From contig CAMWRW010000002.1 in the NCBI GenBank assembly GCA_947176755.1, forward strand, positions 3,773-67,772: a DNA stretch of 64,000 bases. The letters run 5' to 3'. This document shows positions 29,124 through 37,357 of the stretch, piece by piece (position 1 is the first letter of the stretch; the number at the start of each line of letters is the position of its first letter). Origin of the DNA: an uncultured Porphyromonadaceae bacterium. Its GTDB lineage: Bacteria; Bacteroidota; Bacteroidia; Bacteroidales; Muribaculaceae. The notes beneath the pieces were generated by a model. That model made no database searches. It was not told where the DNA came from and was given only the letters and a program-made list of their open reading frames with translations. The position numbers and the translations under genes are program-made.

Positions 29124-29255
29124 TCGCCGTGAAACGTGTTCGGCGCTTTGCCAATTGCTTTTAAGCTTATTGATGTAACTCCGGAAGTTGCTGAGTTTCA
29201 CTCGATTGTTTTCCTAATAACCTCGATCCGGAGCGAGACTAACACATTGAAACAG

Positions 29256-31421
29256 ATGAAAAAACTTTACACGTTGCTGGCTGTATCCGCTTTTGTGGCG
29301 CCTACTGCATTTGGCGCAACGGAACTTGTTCCGGGTGAGCCTTTGGAAATCGGTGTAAGCCAGGATCTCAACATCGACGAGGCAACTGCCGTAATTACCG
29401 GCTATTTTGTAGCCCCGACAAAAGGTCCCGGTAGTTGGGATTCCAACTGGAACTATGTATATCCGGACTTGACTGAGGACATTGACCGCATCGACGTTCT
29501 TCGTAGCTGCAGCGCGATTGGCGAGACCGATGTCGTTGTTTATAGAGGCGAAGGAATTACTCCCGGTGCTCGCATCGAATTTACCGACGAAAACCCCTTC
29601 CAGTTCGGTTATAGCTATACCTACAAGTGCGTCGGTTATCAGCTCGATGAAGAGGGTAATATAAAGAAGACCGGTTCAAGCAAATCCAGCTATCTTTATA
29701 TCGGAGAGAAACCGGGTAGACCCGATGGCTCAATTTCCGCTGATATCGATAATCTGAGCTCGCTTCATTTCACCATCAGCGCAAATTCTCTTAACTTCAA
29801 TAATGAAGAGCAGAAGGCTCCCATTAAGAAGCTGAGTCTCTGCGAATACATCAGATTCGGTGAAACTCCTGAAATCTATGCTGTGGAGAATCCTGTAATC
29901 GGCGAAAACTATGAGTTTGACATGGAATTCGAACAGGGTAAGTCTTATAAATTCCAGGTGTTCGCAATCTCCGACTTCGGTACGTCCGATCCCCTTTCGC
30001 TCGAGAAATATGTGGGACTTGATGCTCCCGGCAAGGTTAGCAACATCACTGTCGAGGAAGCTCAGGATGGTATGAAGATTTCCTGGAACGCTCCGACCAG
30101 CGGTAAAAACAATGGTGTGTTCGATCCCTCCACAGTGCTTTACAAAGTATATCGCCACACAGGCAGCGCTTGGGCAGGAACAAATACAGAGATTGCTTCC
30201 GGCATCTCCGAACTCTCATTCGTGGATACGTTCGAAGGTCTCACCGGTCCGATCAATTGCTCTTATGCAGTCAGTGCATATAATGATTTTGGTAATGGCG
30301 ACATTGTCCTTAACGAAACGAATTATGTTGTAGGTCCCGACTGCAAACTTCCGTTCAAGGAGACTTTCTATAACGATCCTTCGATGTACAGCGCAAGCAT
30401 GGATCAGCTCTGGACGAAGTCCGGCTACCTTGATTCCTCGGTTAAGCTCTACAGCTATCTTGGTTACACCGGAGTTAACGGTACCTACTATTCCGGATAC
30501 GATCCTGACAAAAATACGAATGAGGGTTTCTGTGCAATCAGCCCCAATCGTTATGGCGATGCAGAGTATGAAGGCGTGATCACGTCTCCCGGTATTGATT
30601 TCTCCGAGGCAGAATATCCCGTTCTTTCTTTCTATACTATGGGTTACTATGGCAACCCCTTGGAACTCACCATCGATCTTCTTCTCGCTTCTGAGGAGGA
30701 AGGTTACGAAATCTTCTCAGTAGTTCCCGGTGATGATGTAGCAGAGGAACAGAATCAGCCCGAAGATTACAAATGGGTAAAAAGATTTGTTACTCTTGAG
30801 GATGTTGCAGGTGAAAGTGCAAAGGTGATTTTCCGTGCAAAACAGCATGCGGGCGACTGCGACAACTCTAATATTGCAAACATCGAAATCGACGAAATTC
30901 TTATCGACGACTACAAGTCTGTGAAGACTATCTCCGTAGAGCCTAAAGAAGATGGCACGACACTCATCTCTTGGGAAGCTCCCGTGAACGTTTCGTTCGG
31001 CGAACCCGATGCATACCGTGTATTCATCAACGATGAAGAGCCTGTGCTCGTAAAACGTCCCGAGGTAGAAACTCCTGAAGAGGAAGTAGCAGTTCTTTCT
31101 GAAGAGACTGAAGTCGGCGAGGAGACCGAAACGCCCTCAGCTTGGCTTCCCAGCCATTCCTTCGCTCACGAAGCTGATAAGGATTATGCCGTTAAGGTGC
31201 AGGCCATCTATGGTGACATCGAGGCTCTCCATTCTGAGGAAGTTGCCTTCAAGGGTGGCGCTACTGTTGGCGTTGAGCTCGTAGGCATCGACACAGTGAA
31301 GTCTGTTGAATATTATGATGTGAACGGTCTTCGCGTTGAAGAACCCGTGAAGGGTCAGGTGATCATCAAACGTGTTGAAGGCGCTAATGGCGCAGTTCGC
31401 ATGCAGAAGGTGGTTTTCTGA
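29256..31421 (+). CDS. Secreted FN3 / beta-sandwich multidomain protein with T9SS-type C-terminal sorting domain (paralog A)
   Basis: Track ORF 29136..31421, trimmed to MKKLYTLLAVSAFVAPTAFGA (signal peptide). FN3-like blocks are GKVSNITVEEAQDGMKISWNAP...YAVSAYNDFGNG and ISVEPKEDGTTLISWEAP. The end reads VEYYDVNGLRVEEPVKGQVIIKRVEGANGAVRMQKVVF, a CTD-like strand pattern. Confidence 0.75.
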   Translation: MKKLYTLLAVSAFVAPTAFGATELVPGEPLEIGVSQDLNIDEATAVITGYFVAPTKGPGSWDSNWNYVYPDLTEDIDRIDVLRSCSAIGETDVVVYRGEGITPGARIEFTDENPFQFGYSYTYKCVGYQLDEEGNIKKTGSSKSSYLYIGEKPGRPDGSISADIDNLSSLHFTISANSLNFNNEEQKAPIKKLSLCEYIRFGETPEIYAVENPVIGENYEFDMEFEQGKSYKFQVFAISDFGTSDPLSLEKYVGLDAPGKVSNITVEEAQDGMKISWNAPTSGKNNGVFDPSTVLYKVYRHTGSAWAGTNTEIASGISELSFVDTFEGLTGPINCSYAVSAYNDFGNGDIVLNETNYVVGPDCKLPFKETFYNDPSMYSASMDQLWTKSGYLDSSVKLYSYLGYTGVNGTYYSGYDPDKNTNEGFCAISPNRYGDAEYEGVITSPGIDFSEAEYPVLSFYTMGYYGNPLELTIDLLLASEEEGYEIFSVVPGDDVAEEQNQPEDYKWVKRFVTLEDVAGESAKVIFRAKQHAGDCDNSNIANIEIDEILIDDYKSVKTISVEPKEDGTTLISWEAPVNVSFGEPDAYRVFINDEEPVLVKRPEVETPEEEVAVLSEETEVGEETETPSAWLPSHSFAHEADKDYAVKVQAIYGDIEALHSEEVAFKGGATVGVELVGIDTVKSVEYYDVNGLRVEEPVKGQVIIKRVEGANGAVRMQKVVF

Positions 31422-31440
31422 TTTGCGCATCACGCTAACA

Positions 31441-31475
31441 TAAAATCGTCCTGTCGGAAGACAGGACGATTTTTT
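31441..31475 (+). terminator. Intrinsic terminator after paralog A
   Basis: TCGTCCTGTC-GGAA-GACAGGACGA is followed by TTTTTTT. Confidence 0.8.
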
Positions 31476-31506
31476 TCATAAATTTATAAGCAAAATGTTC
31501 GTTGAA

Positions 31507-31538
31507 TTTGTAGATGTCGTAGAAAAATCATAAATTTG
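31507..31538 (+). promoter_or_regulatory. Consensus promoter TTTG-N20-TAAATTTG for paralog B
   Basis: 31507-31510 is TTTG, the spacer is 20 nt, and 31531-31538 is TAAATTTG. It lies about 130 nt upstream of the start codon. Confidence 0.6.
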
Positions 31539-31669
31539 TTCAACGAAACTTGCCAAGCGCTTTTGCAAATTGCCTTGAAGCTATTCGTAATTTCTCCGGA
31601 AAGCGCAAAGTTTCAAAAATGATGCCATAACCATCCTTGATCCGGAGCAAGGCTAACACAATGAAACAA

Positions 31670-33823
31670 ATGAAAAAACTTTACACGCTTCTTGCAGCCT
31701 CGCTTCTTGCAGCCCCCGGAGCTTTTGCAGCAACTGAGCTCTGCCCGGGCGAACCAGTGGAATTTGCAATATCTCAAGATCTGAACTTTGACGAGGGCAC
31801 TGTCAAAATATCCGGCTATTTTATTGCTCCAAAGACCGATCAGGGCACCTACGACTACAACACTTGGAGCTATGTCTACAAGGATTTGACCGAGGATATT
31901 GACCTCATTGAGGTAACACGTTCTTGTTATTCTATTGGTGAATACGAATTCCCGGTTTATATCGCAGAAGGGGTTGCCCCCGGCGCAAAAGTAGAGTTCA
32001 TTGATGAAGAACCCTTGGTGTTCGGCAATGAATACAACTACACCTGCACGGCCTATCAGCTCGATGAGGACGGCAACAAAAAAAGCAACGGATACAGCAA
32101 GTATTGCTACCTTTACATTGGAGAGAAACCCGCCGCTCCTTCCTCTTCAGTTTCCGGAGATCTCGACAACCTCGGCCTTCTCCATTTCTCAATCACCGCT
32201 CCGTCTCAAAATTCCTTGAGAGAAGATCTGCAGGGCCCGCTTGAGAAACTGAGCCTGTGTCAGTATGTCGATTATTATACCTCCAATGAAATATATGCTG
32301 TGGAGAATCCCGAACCGGGCGAAACCTACGAATTTGATCTTGAATTCGAACAGGGTGCAACATATCGCTTCCAGGTCTACGCGGTAGGAAAATATGGAAA
32401 ATCCGATCCCAATTCTCTTGAAAAATATGTCGGCCTCGACTCTCCCGGAAAGGTCAGCAATGTAAAGGGCGTTCAAACTGCCGATGGTGTGAACATTACT
32501 TGGGAAGCTCCTGTCAACGGCAAGAATATGGGCGTGTTCGATCCTGCATCCGTGCTTTATAAAGTCTACCGTCGCTCCGGAGACCTTTATTACGGAACGG
32601 ATGTTGAGATTGCTTCCGGAATCACGGATCTATCTTTCGTCGATACGTATGAAGATCTCGAAGAACCGACCGCTTGTTATTATGGAATCACTGCTTATAA
32701 TAATTTAGGCGATAGCGATAAGGTTTACACAAGCGCAAATTTCGTGGTGGGTCCTGATTATGAGCTTCCTTTCAAAGAATCGTTCTCCAAGGATTTAGGT
32801 CTCTATTCCACGAGCACTGAGCTGGCCTGGACGAAGTCCGGAAGCCTGGAAAGCAATCCGACAACATCCGACTATTCCGGTTATACGGGTGTAAACGGTA
32901 CGTACTACTATGGTTGGGACAATGACGAAAACACCAATGATGGTTACTACGTTATGAAACCCTACAGATGGGAGGATGGCGAATATCAGGTTGCCCTCAC
33001 ATCGGCCGGAATCAATTTCAAGGATGCTGAATATCCTGTCCTTTCGTTCTATACTTTGGGTCACTTCAACAATCCGATGGAGCTTGCCGTCGAGCTTCTT
33101 CTTTCCTCTGAAGACGAGGCTTACGAAATCTTCAATGTTGTGCCCGCAGATGACGTTGCCGGTGAACAAAATAATCCCGAAGACTATAAATGGGTTAAGA
33201 AATTCATCTCTCTGGAGGATGCTGTCGGAGAAAGCGCCAAGCTGATCTTCCGTGCAAAACAACATTTGGGTGATACTTCTAACGGAACTCTTGCAAATAT
33301 CGAATTTGATGAAGTGCTCATTGACGACTATCGTTCCGTTAAAAATATCATCGTTGAATCGAAGGAAGACGGCACGACCCTTATCTCTTGGGAGGCTCCG
33401 GCTAACGGTTCGTTCGGTGAGCCTGACGCCTATCGTGTCTATCTCAACGATGAATCAGTGCTCGTGACCCGTCCGGCAGCCGATGAATCCGAGATCGCAC
33501 TCCTTTCTGATGATGTGGAGGTGGATAATGAAGGTTCCTCTGCATGGCTTCCCTCCCACTCGTTCGCTCACGAACAGGATAAGGATTATACTGTGAAAGT
33601 TCAGGCTATCTACGGCGACATCGAGGCGCTCCATTCCGAAGAGGTGGCGTTCAAGGGTGGTGCTTCTGTTGGCGTTGAGCTCGTGGGCATCGACACTGTT
33701 AAGTCTGTTGAATACTATGACGTAAATGGGTTCCGCATTTCTGAGCCCGCGAAAGGTCAGGTAATTATCAAGCGTGTCGAAGGTGCTAACGGAGCGGTCC
33801 GCATGCAGAAAGTGGTTTTCTGA
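31670..33823 (+). CDS. Secreted FN3 / beta-sandwich multidomain protein with T9SS-type C-terminal sorting domain (paralog B)
   Basis: Track ORF 31637..33823, with MKKLYTLLAASLLAAPGAFAA as signal peptide. An ATG at 31661 is an alternative start. It is collinear with paralog A throughout, and the last ~110 aa are nearly identical. Confidence 0.75.
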   Translation: MKKLYTLLAASLLAAPGAFAATELCPGEPVEFAISQDLNFDEGTVKISGYFIAPKTDQGTYDYNTWSYVYKDLTEDIDLIEVTRSCYSIGEYEFPVYIAEGVAPGAKVEFIDEEPLVFGNEYNYTCTAYQLDEDGNKKSNGYSKYCYLYIGEKPAAPSSSVSGDLDNLGLLHFSITAPSQNSLREDLQGPLEKLSLCQYVDYYTSNEIYAVENPEPGETYEFDLEFEQGATYRFQVYAVGKYGKSDPNSLEKYVGLDSPGKVSNVKGVQTADGVNITWEAPVNGKNMGVFDPASVLYKVYRRSGDLYYGTDVEIASGITDLSFVDTYEDLEEPTACYYGITAYNNLGDSDKVYTSANFVVGPDYELPFKESFSKDLGLYSTSTELAWTKSGSLESNPTTSDYSGYTGVNGTYYYGWDNDENTNDGYYVMKPYRWEDGEYQVALTSAGINFKDAEYPVLSFYTLGHFNNPMELAVELLLSSEDEAYEIFNVVPADDVAGEQNNPEDYKWVKKFISLEDAVGESAKLIFRAKQHLGDTSNGTLANIEFDEVLIDDYRSVKNIIVESKEDGTTLISWEAPANGSFGEPDAYRVYLNDESVLVTRPAADESEIALLSDDVEVDNEGSSAWLPSHSFAHEQDKDYTVKVQAIYGDIEALHSEEVAFKGGASVGVELVGIDTVKSVEYYDVNGFRISEPAKGQVIIKRVEGANGAVRMQKVVF

Positions 33824-33945
33824 GCCGAATCCTGTGAATAATTACGAAGTGCTTGGACGCACTTGAATCTTACAAATCTTAACAGCCCTGTTCAGCGCGT
33901 GATTGCGTCCGAATAGGGCTGTTTTATTCCATAAAATAAGAAATC

Positions 33946-36900
33946 ATGAGAAAAGAAACGAAACTTACGGCCCTTTCCATGTTGTTGGCTCTCCCGGCTG
34001 CCGCTTGGATCGGTTCATCCTTTCCGGTAGATGGAGAGAAAGGGCAGGTTCGTGCCGACGTGAAGGATGTTCAGGTCTCTGCCGAGGCTCTTGCTCTTGA
34101 ACATGCCAAGTCTGCCAAACCGGCCGGACCGACTAAAATTGGACCAACCGGCTCCTCCCTTTATGGCTATATGTCATATATGGACGAGGAGGATTTCATT
34201 CCCGGCTTTTTCGAACTTGACCCTAAAGGGAGTTGCACTCGACTTTGGGATTATCCCTATGCCGAATCATGGGCCAACCTTATCAACGGATGGATTAGAA
34301 ACGGACGGCTCTGTGGTCTCTGTTCTGTCGCATTGGCTTCCGAAGAGCAACCCCTCCTGTATGCCTATCAGGAATTCGACATGATGACAGGAGAGGTGTT
34401 CTCAAGCCGCGTAATCGATATTGAGGACGACCTTACACCTTACTTTAACTCCGCGGCTTATAACCCTACCGACGGCCGGATCTATGGGTACGGAATGGTC
34501 GGTCCTTCAAGCGACTTTGTATATGCCTTCAAGTCGGCGCCGGCCGACAAGCCGGAAGAGACTGTCGTGATCAAGACGCTCGAACTTCCCGGCGACAGAT
34601 GCTATTCCTTCTGCTGGAGCAGCTCCGACAACTGTTTTTACGGTGTTAACACATGGGGAAAATTTGTCAAGTTGCTCCCCGACGGGTCAACAACAGAGCT
34701 CTTCGATCTCCCGATTTCAGATCTTGCAAACGGAAAGGGTGCGCTTGCCGTGAGTCCTAACGACGGCTATCTCCTGTGGAATCCCGCAGTCTATGAGGCT
34801 AAGTCAAATCTTTACGCTATATATCCCTCTGAAAAAAGAATGGAGACGCTCGTGCAATATCCTGTCGACCGGCAGTTCACATTCTTCATTTCCGCTGACG
34901 ATGTCAGCGATTCCTCAGCCCCGGCGGCCCCGACTGTAAGCGCTTCTTACGAAGGAAACCGGTTGACCGGCTCCCTCTCCTTTACTCTTCCGGAAGTGGC
35001 CCTCAATGGGGAGACTCTTGAGGGCTCTCTCGAATGGCTGCTTTTTGATAACGGAAAGCAGATTGAGAAGGGCGCAGGAGTCCCCGGAGAATCTGTAACG
35101 CTTCCTGCCGTTGCTGTGGAACAGGGAGAACACACCTTCACGGTGCGTGCAAAATCCGGCAACGTGCTCGGTTATCCCGGAGTCATAACGGTTTATGTCG
35201 GAAATGACATTCCGCTTGCACCGGCCAATGTGAAGCTCTCTTCTGATATGATTTCCTGGGACGCCGTGATTGGGGGCGTTCACGGAGGATACCTTGATAC
35301 GTCGGAGGTGTTCTACAAAGTTTTCATCAATGACGAGGAAGTGGGGACGACAACTATGACATGGCTGTCGATCAGTCAGGATGAGGATGCCGTTCAGAAC
35401 GCTTATCGTGCATCGGTCGTGGCAGTCGCCGCCGATCTCTGCTCCGAGCCCGGTTATTCCGAGAAAATGATAATCGGTCGGCCCTTCGATCTTCCTTTGA
35501 CAATCGAACCAACCTGGCATGACGGTGAACTCGTGACGATAATTGACAACGATGAAGGCCCCGAATATGGCCGCTGGCGTCTTACGGATGCTTGGGGTGA
35601 TCTCTGTTTTGCTTCGGGGTGGAGCATGAAGAGGGCCGACGATTGGCTGATTCTTCCCGCAGCCTCGTTCCCGACTAATGAGGTTCTTTATAAGGTTTCA
35701 ATTGATGCCGCTCGCGGTGGTTACACCGGCTCGCGTGAATATTTCGAAGTCTGGGCCGGCACGGAACCTACTGTAGAAGCCATGACAATCCCTGTCATCT
35801 CCAAGACTCGCGCCCAGAAATTCAATGAATATGTGGAATATTCGGGTGTATTCTCTGTTCCTCGCGCCGGTAAATATTATATTGCTGTCCGTGGATGTTC
35901 CGATCCTGACCAAAAGGATCTTATCGTTCGCAATATCCGCGTATACGCAACGGAACTTGTGGCGCAGGTGCCTTCCGCAGTCACCGATCTGGAGATTCTT
36001 TCGGTCGACCATTCAGTGCCTTCCGCAGTGCTCTCTTTCCGTCTGCCGGAAAAATATGTCAACGGGGAATCTATCTCCGGAACAGTGAAGGCAACTGCCT
36101 ACGGTGCTGAAAACGTGTCGGTCGAAGGTGAGCCGGGTTCGCTCCAGCAGGTTGTCGTACCCACTTCTCAGGGTGAAAATTATATCAAGGTGGTTGCTGA
36201 AGTTGATGGCTTGGAAGGACAATATGCCGAGGTGTCGACGTTTACAGGAATGGATATGCTCGGGTTCGTCGAGAATTTCAATGGAAAGATTTCTGAAGAC
36301 AATATGTCGGTTGCTCTAACTTGGACTCCCCCTGTTGAATCGCTTAACGGCGGTTACTTCCGCCCTGACGGAATCAATTACTGGATTGGTCCGATCGCTA
36401 CCGACGGATCCTTTGAGGGTGATCCCGTATTAGCCGGCACGGATGTGACATCTTACGAATATAGACTTGAGAAAGGAACTCCCCAGCAATTTATCCGCAT
36501 TGGAATCGCCGCTGAAAATGCTGCCGGCATTTCTTATGCACGAAGCTTTGTCGGGACTGTAGTCGGCACTCCCTACTCGCTCCCGATTAAGGAGGATTAC
36601 GAGAATATGGAGTTCAAGTATTCTCCGATCACATCGTCTGCTCCGACAAGCGAGTATTCCGACGGAGCTTGGACATGGTGTCAGCCTGAACTTGTCAACC
36701 CCGATTATTACAATCCAGAGGCGGCATACGGTGTGATCGGATACACCGACGCAGCGCCTTCGCGGGTAAGAATGGGTTTGCCTAAGTTCTCGACTGTGGG
36801 AGCCGAAGACCCGGTGGCAATCTTCAATGTTTGGACCGGAAAAGGGGCTGCCGAGAATATCAGTATTTATGCCACGACCTGGGGACAGACTGCACCGATC

Positions 36901-37284
36901 CTGATTGGTTCGATTCCTGCCGGCACAGGCTGGTCGAATGCTGTAATCCCCATTCCGGAGAACTATCGTAACCGTCCCTGGATGAACCTCTATATAGATG
37001 GAAAACTCCCGACCACCGAGAATTATCTTATCCTTTGTGGGTATACGATCAATCCGGTCAGCGGTGTTCAAAACGTAAACGGCTCCGTAGGAGGCAGCGT
37101 AATCGCCCGGAAGGGAATGGCTGTTATCAGCGGTTTTGAAGGAATGGATTACTCCGTCAATGGCATCGACGGGCTACTGCTTGCCGCTGGCAAAATGGAT
37201 TCCGATCATAAGGAAATCGTTCTTCCGTCCGGCCTATGTGTCGTAAGGGTTGGAGAGCGTGCGTTCCGAATCCTTATTCCGTAA
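33946..37284 (+). CDS. Large secreted multidomain protein (N-terminal propeller-like region, FN3 and beta-sandwich modules) with T9SS-type C-terminal domain (protein C)
   Basis: 1112 aa with signal peptide MRKETKLTALSMLLALPAAAW. FN3-like segments include PANVKLSSDMISWDAV...YRASVVAVAA. The end reads LPSGLCVVRVGERAFRILIP, similar to the end of protein D. Confidence 0.7.
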   Translation: MRKETKLTALSMLLALPAAAWIGSSFPVDGEKGQVRADVKDVQVSAEALALEHAKSAKPAGPTKIGPTGSSLYGYMSYMDEEDFIPGFFELDPKGSCTRLWDYPYAESWANLINGWIRNGRLCGLCSVALASEEQPLLYAYQEFDMMTGEVFSSRVIDIEDDLTPYFNSAAYNPTDGRIYGYGMVGPSSDFVYAFKSAPADKPEETVVIKTLELPGDRCYSFCWSSSDNCFYGVNTWGKFVKLLPDGSTTELFDLPISDLANGKGALAVSPNDGYLLWNPAVYEAKSNLYAIYPSEKRMETLVQYPVDRQFTFFISADDVSDSSAPAAPTVSASYEGNRLTGSLSFTLPEVALNGETLEGSLEWLLFDNGKQIEKGAGVPGESVTLPAVAVEQGEHTFTVRAKSGNVLGYPGVITVYVGNDIPLAPANVKLSSDMISWDAVIGGVHGGYLDTSEVFYKVFINDEEVGTTTMTWLSISQDEDAVQNAYRASVVAVAADLCSEPGYSEKMIIGRPFDLPLTIEPTWHDGELVTIIDNDEGPEYGRWRLTDAWGDLCFASGWSMKRADDWLILPAASFPTNEVLYKVSIDAARGGYTGSREYFEVWAGTEPTVEAMTIPVISKTRAQKFNEYVEYSGVFSVPRAGKYYIAVRGCSDPDQKDLIVRNIRVYATELVAQVPSAVTDLEILSVDHSVPSAVLSFRLPEKYVNGESISGTVKATAYGAENVSVEGEPGSLQQVVVPTSQGENYIKVVAEVDGLEGQYAEVSTFTGMDMLGFVENFNGKISEDNMSVALTWTPPVESLNGGYFRPDGINYWIGPIATDGSFEGDPVLAGTDVTSYEYRLEKGTPQQFIRIGIAAENAAGISYARSFVGTVVGTPYSLPIKEDYENMEFKYSPITSSAPTSEYSDGAWTWCQPELVNPDYYNPEAAYGVIGYTDAAPSRVRMGLPKFSTVGAEDPVAIFNVWTGKGAAENISIYATTWGQTAPILIGSIPAGTGWSNAVIPIPENYRNRPWMNLYIDGKLPTTENYLILCGYTINPVSGVQNVNGSVGGSVIARKGMAVISGFEGMDYSVNGIDGLLLAAGKMDSDHKEIVLPSGLCVVRVGERAFRILIP

Positions 37285-37300
37285 TTTCGGATTGTAGAAT

Positions 37301-37338
37301 AAAAAAATTGCTGCGCGACTCCGCGCAGCAATTTTTTT
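37301..37338. terminator. Bidirectional intrinsic terminator between convergent proteins C and D
   Basis: AAAAAAA-TTGCTGCGCG-ACTC-CGCGCAGCAA-TTTTTTT. Confidence 0.85.
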
Positions 37339-37357
37339 AGCTCAACGTTTAAAACCT

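Noticed and set aside
32081-32092. A7 homopolymer inside paralog B as a possible slipped-strand phase-variation tract.
   Set aside because: The run is short and there is no equivalent tract in paralog A. It encodes an ordinary Asn-Lys-Lys stretch, which is not enough evidence for a contingency locus.
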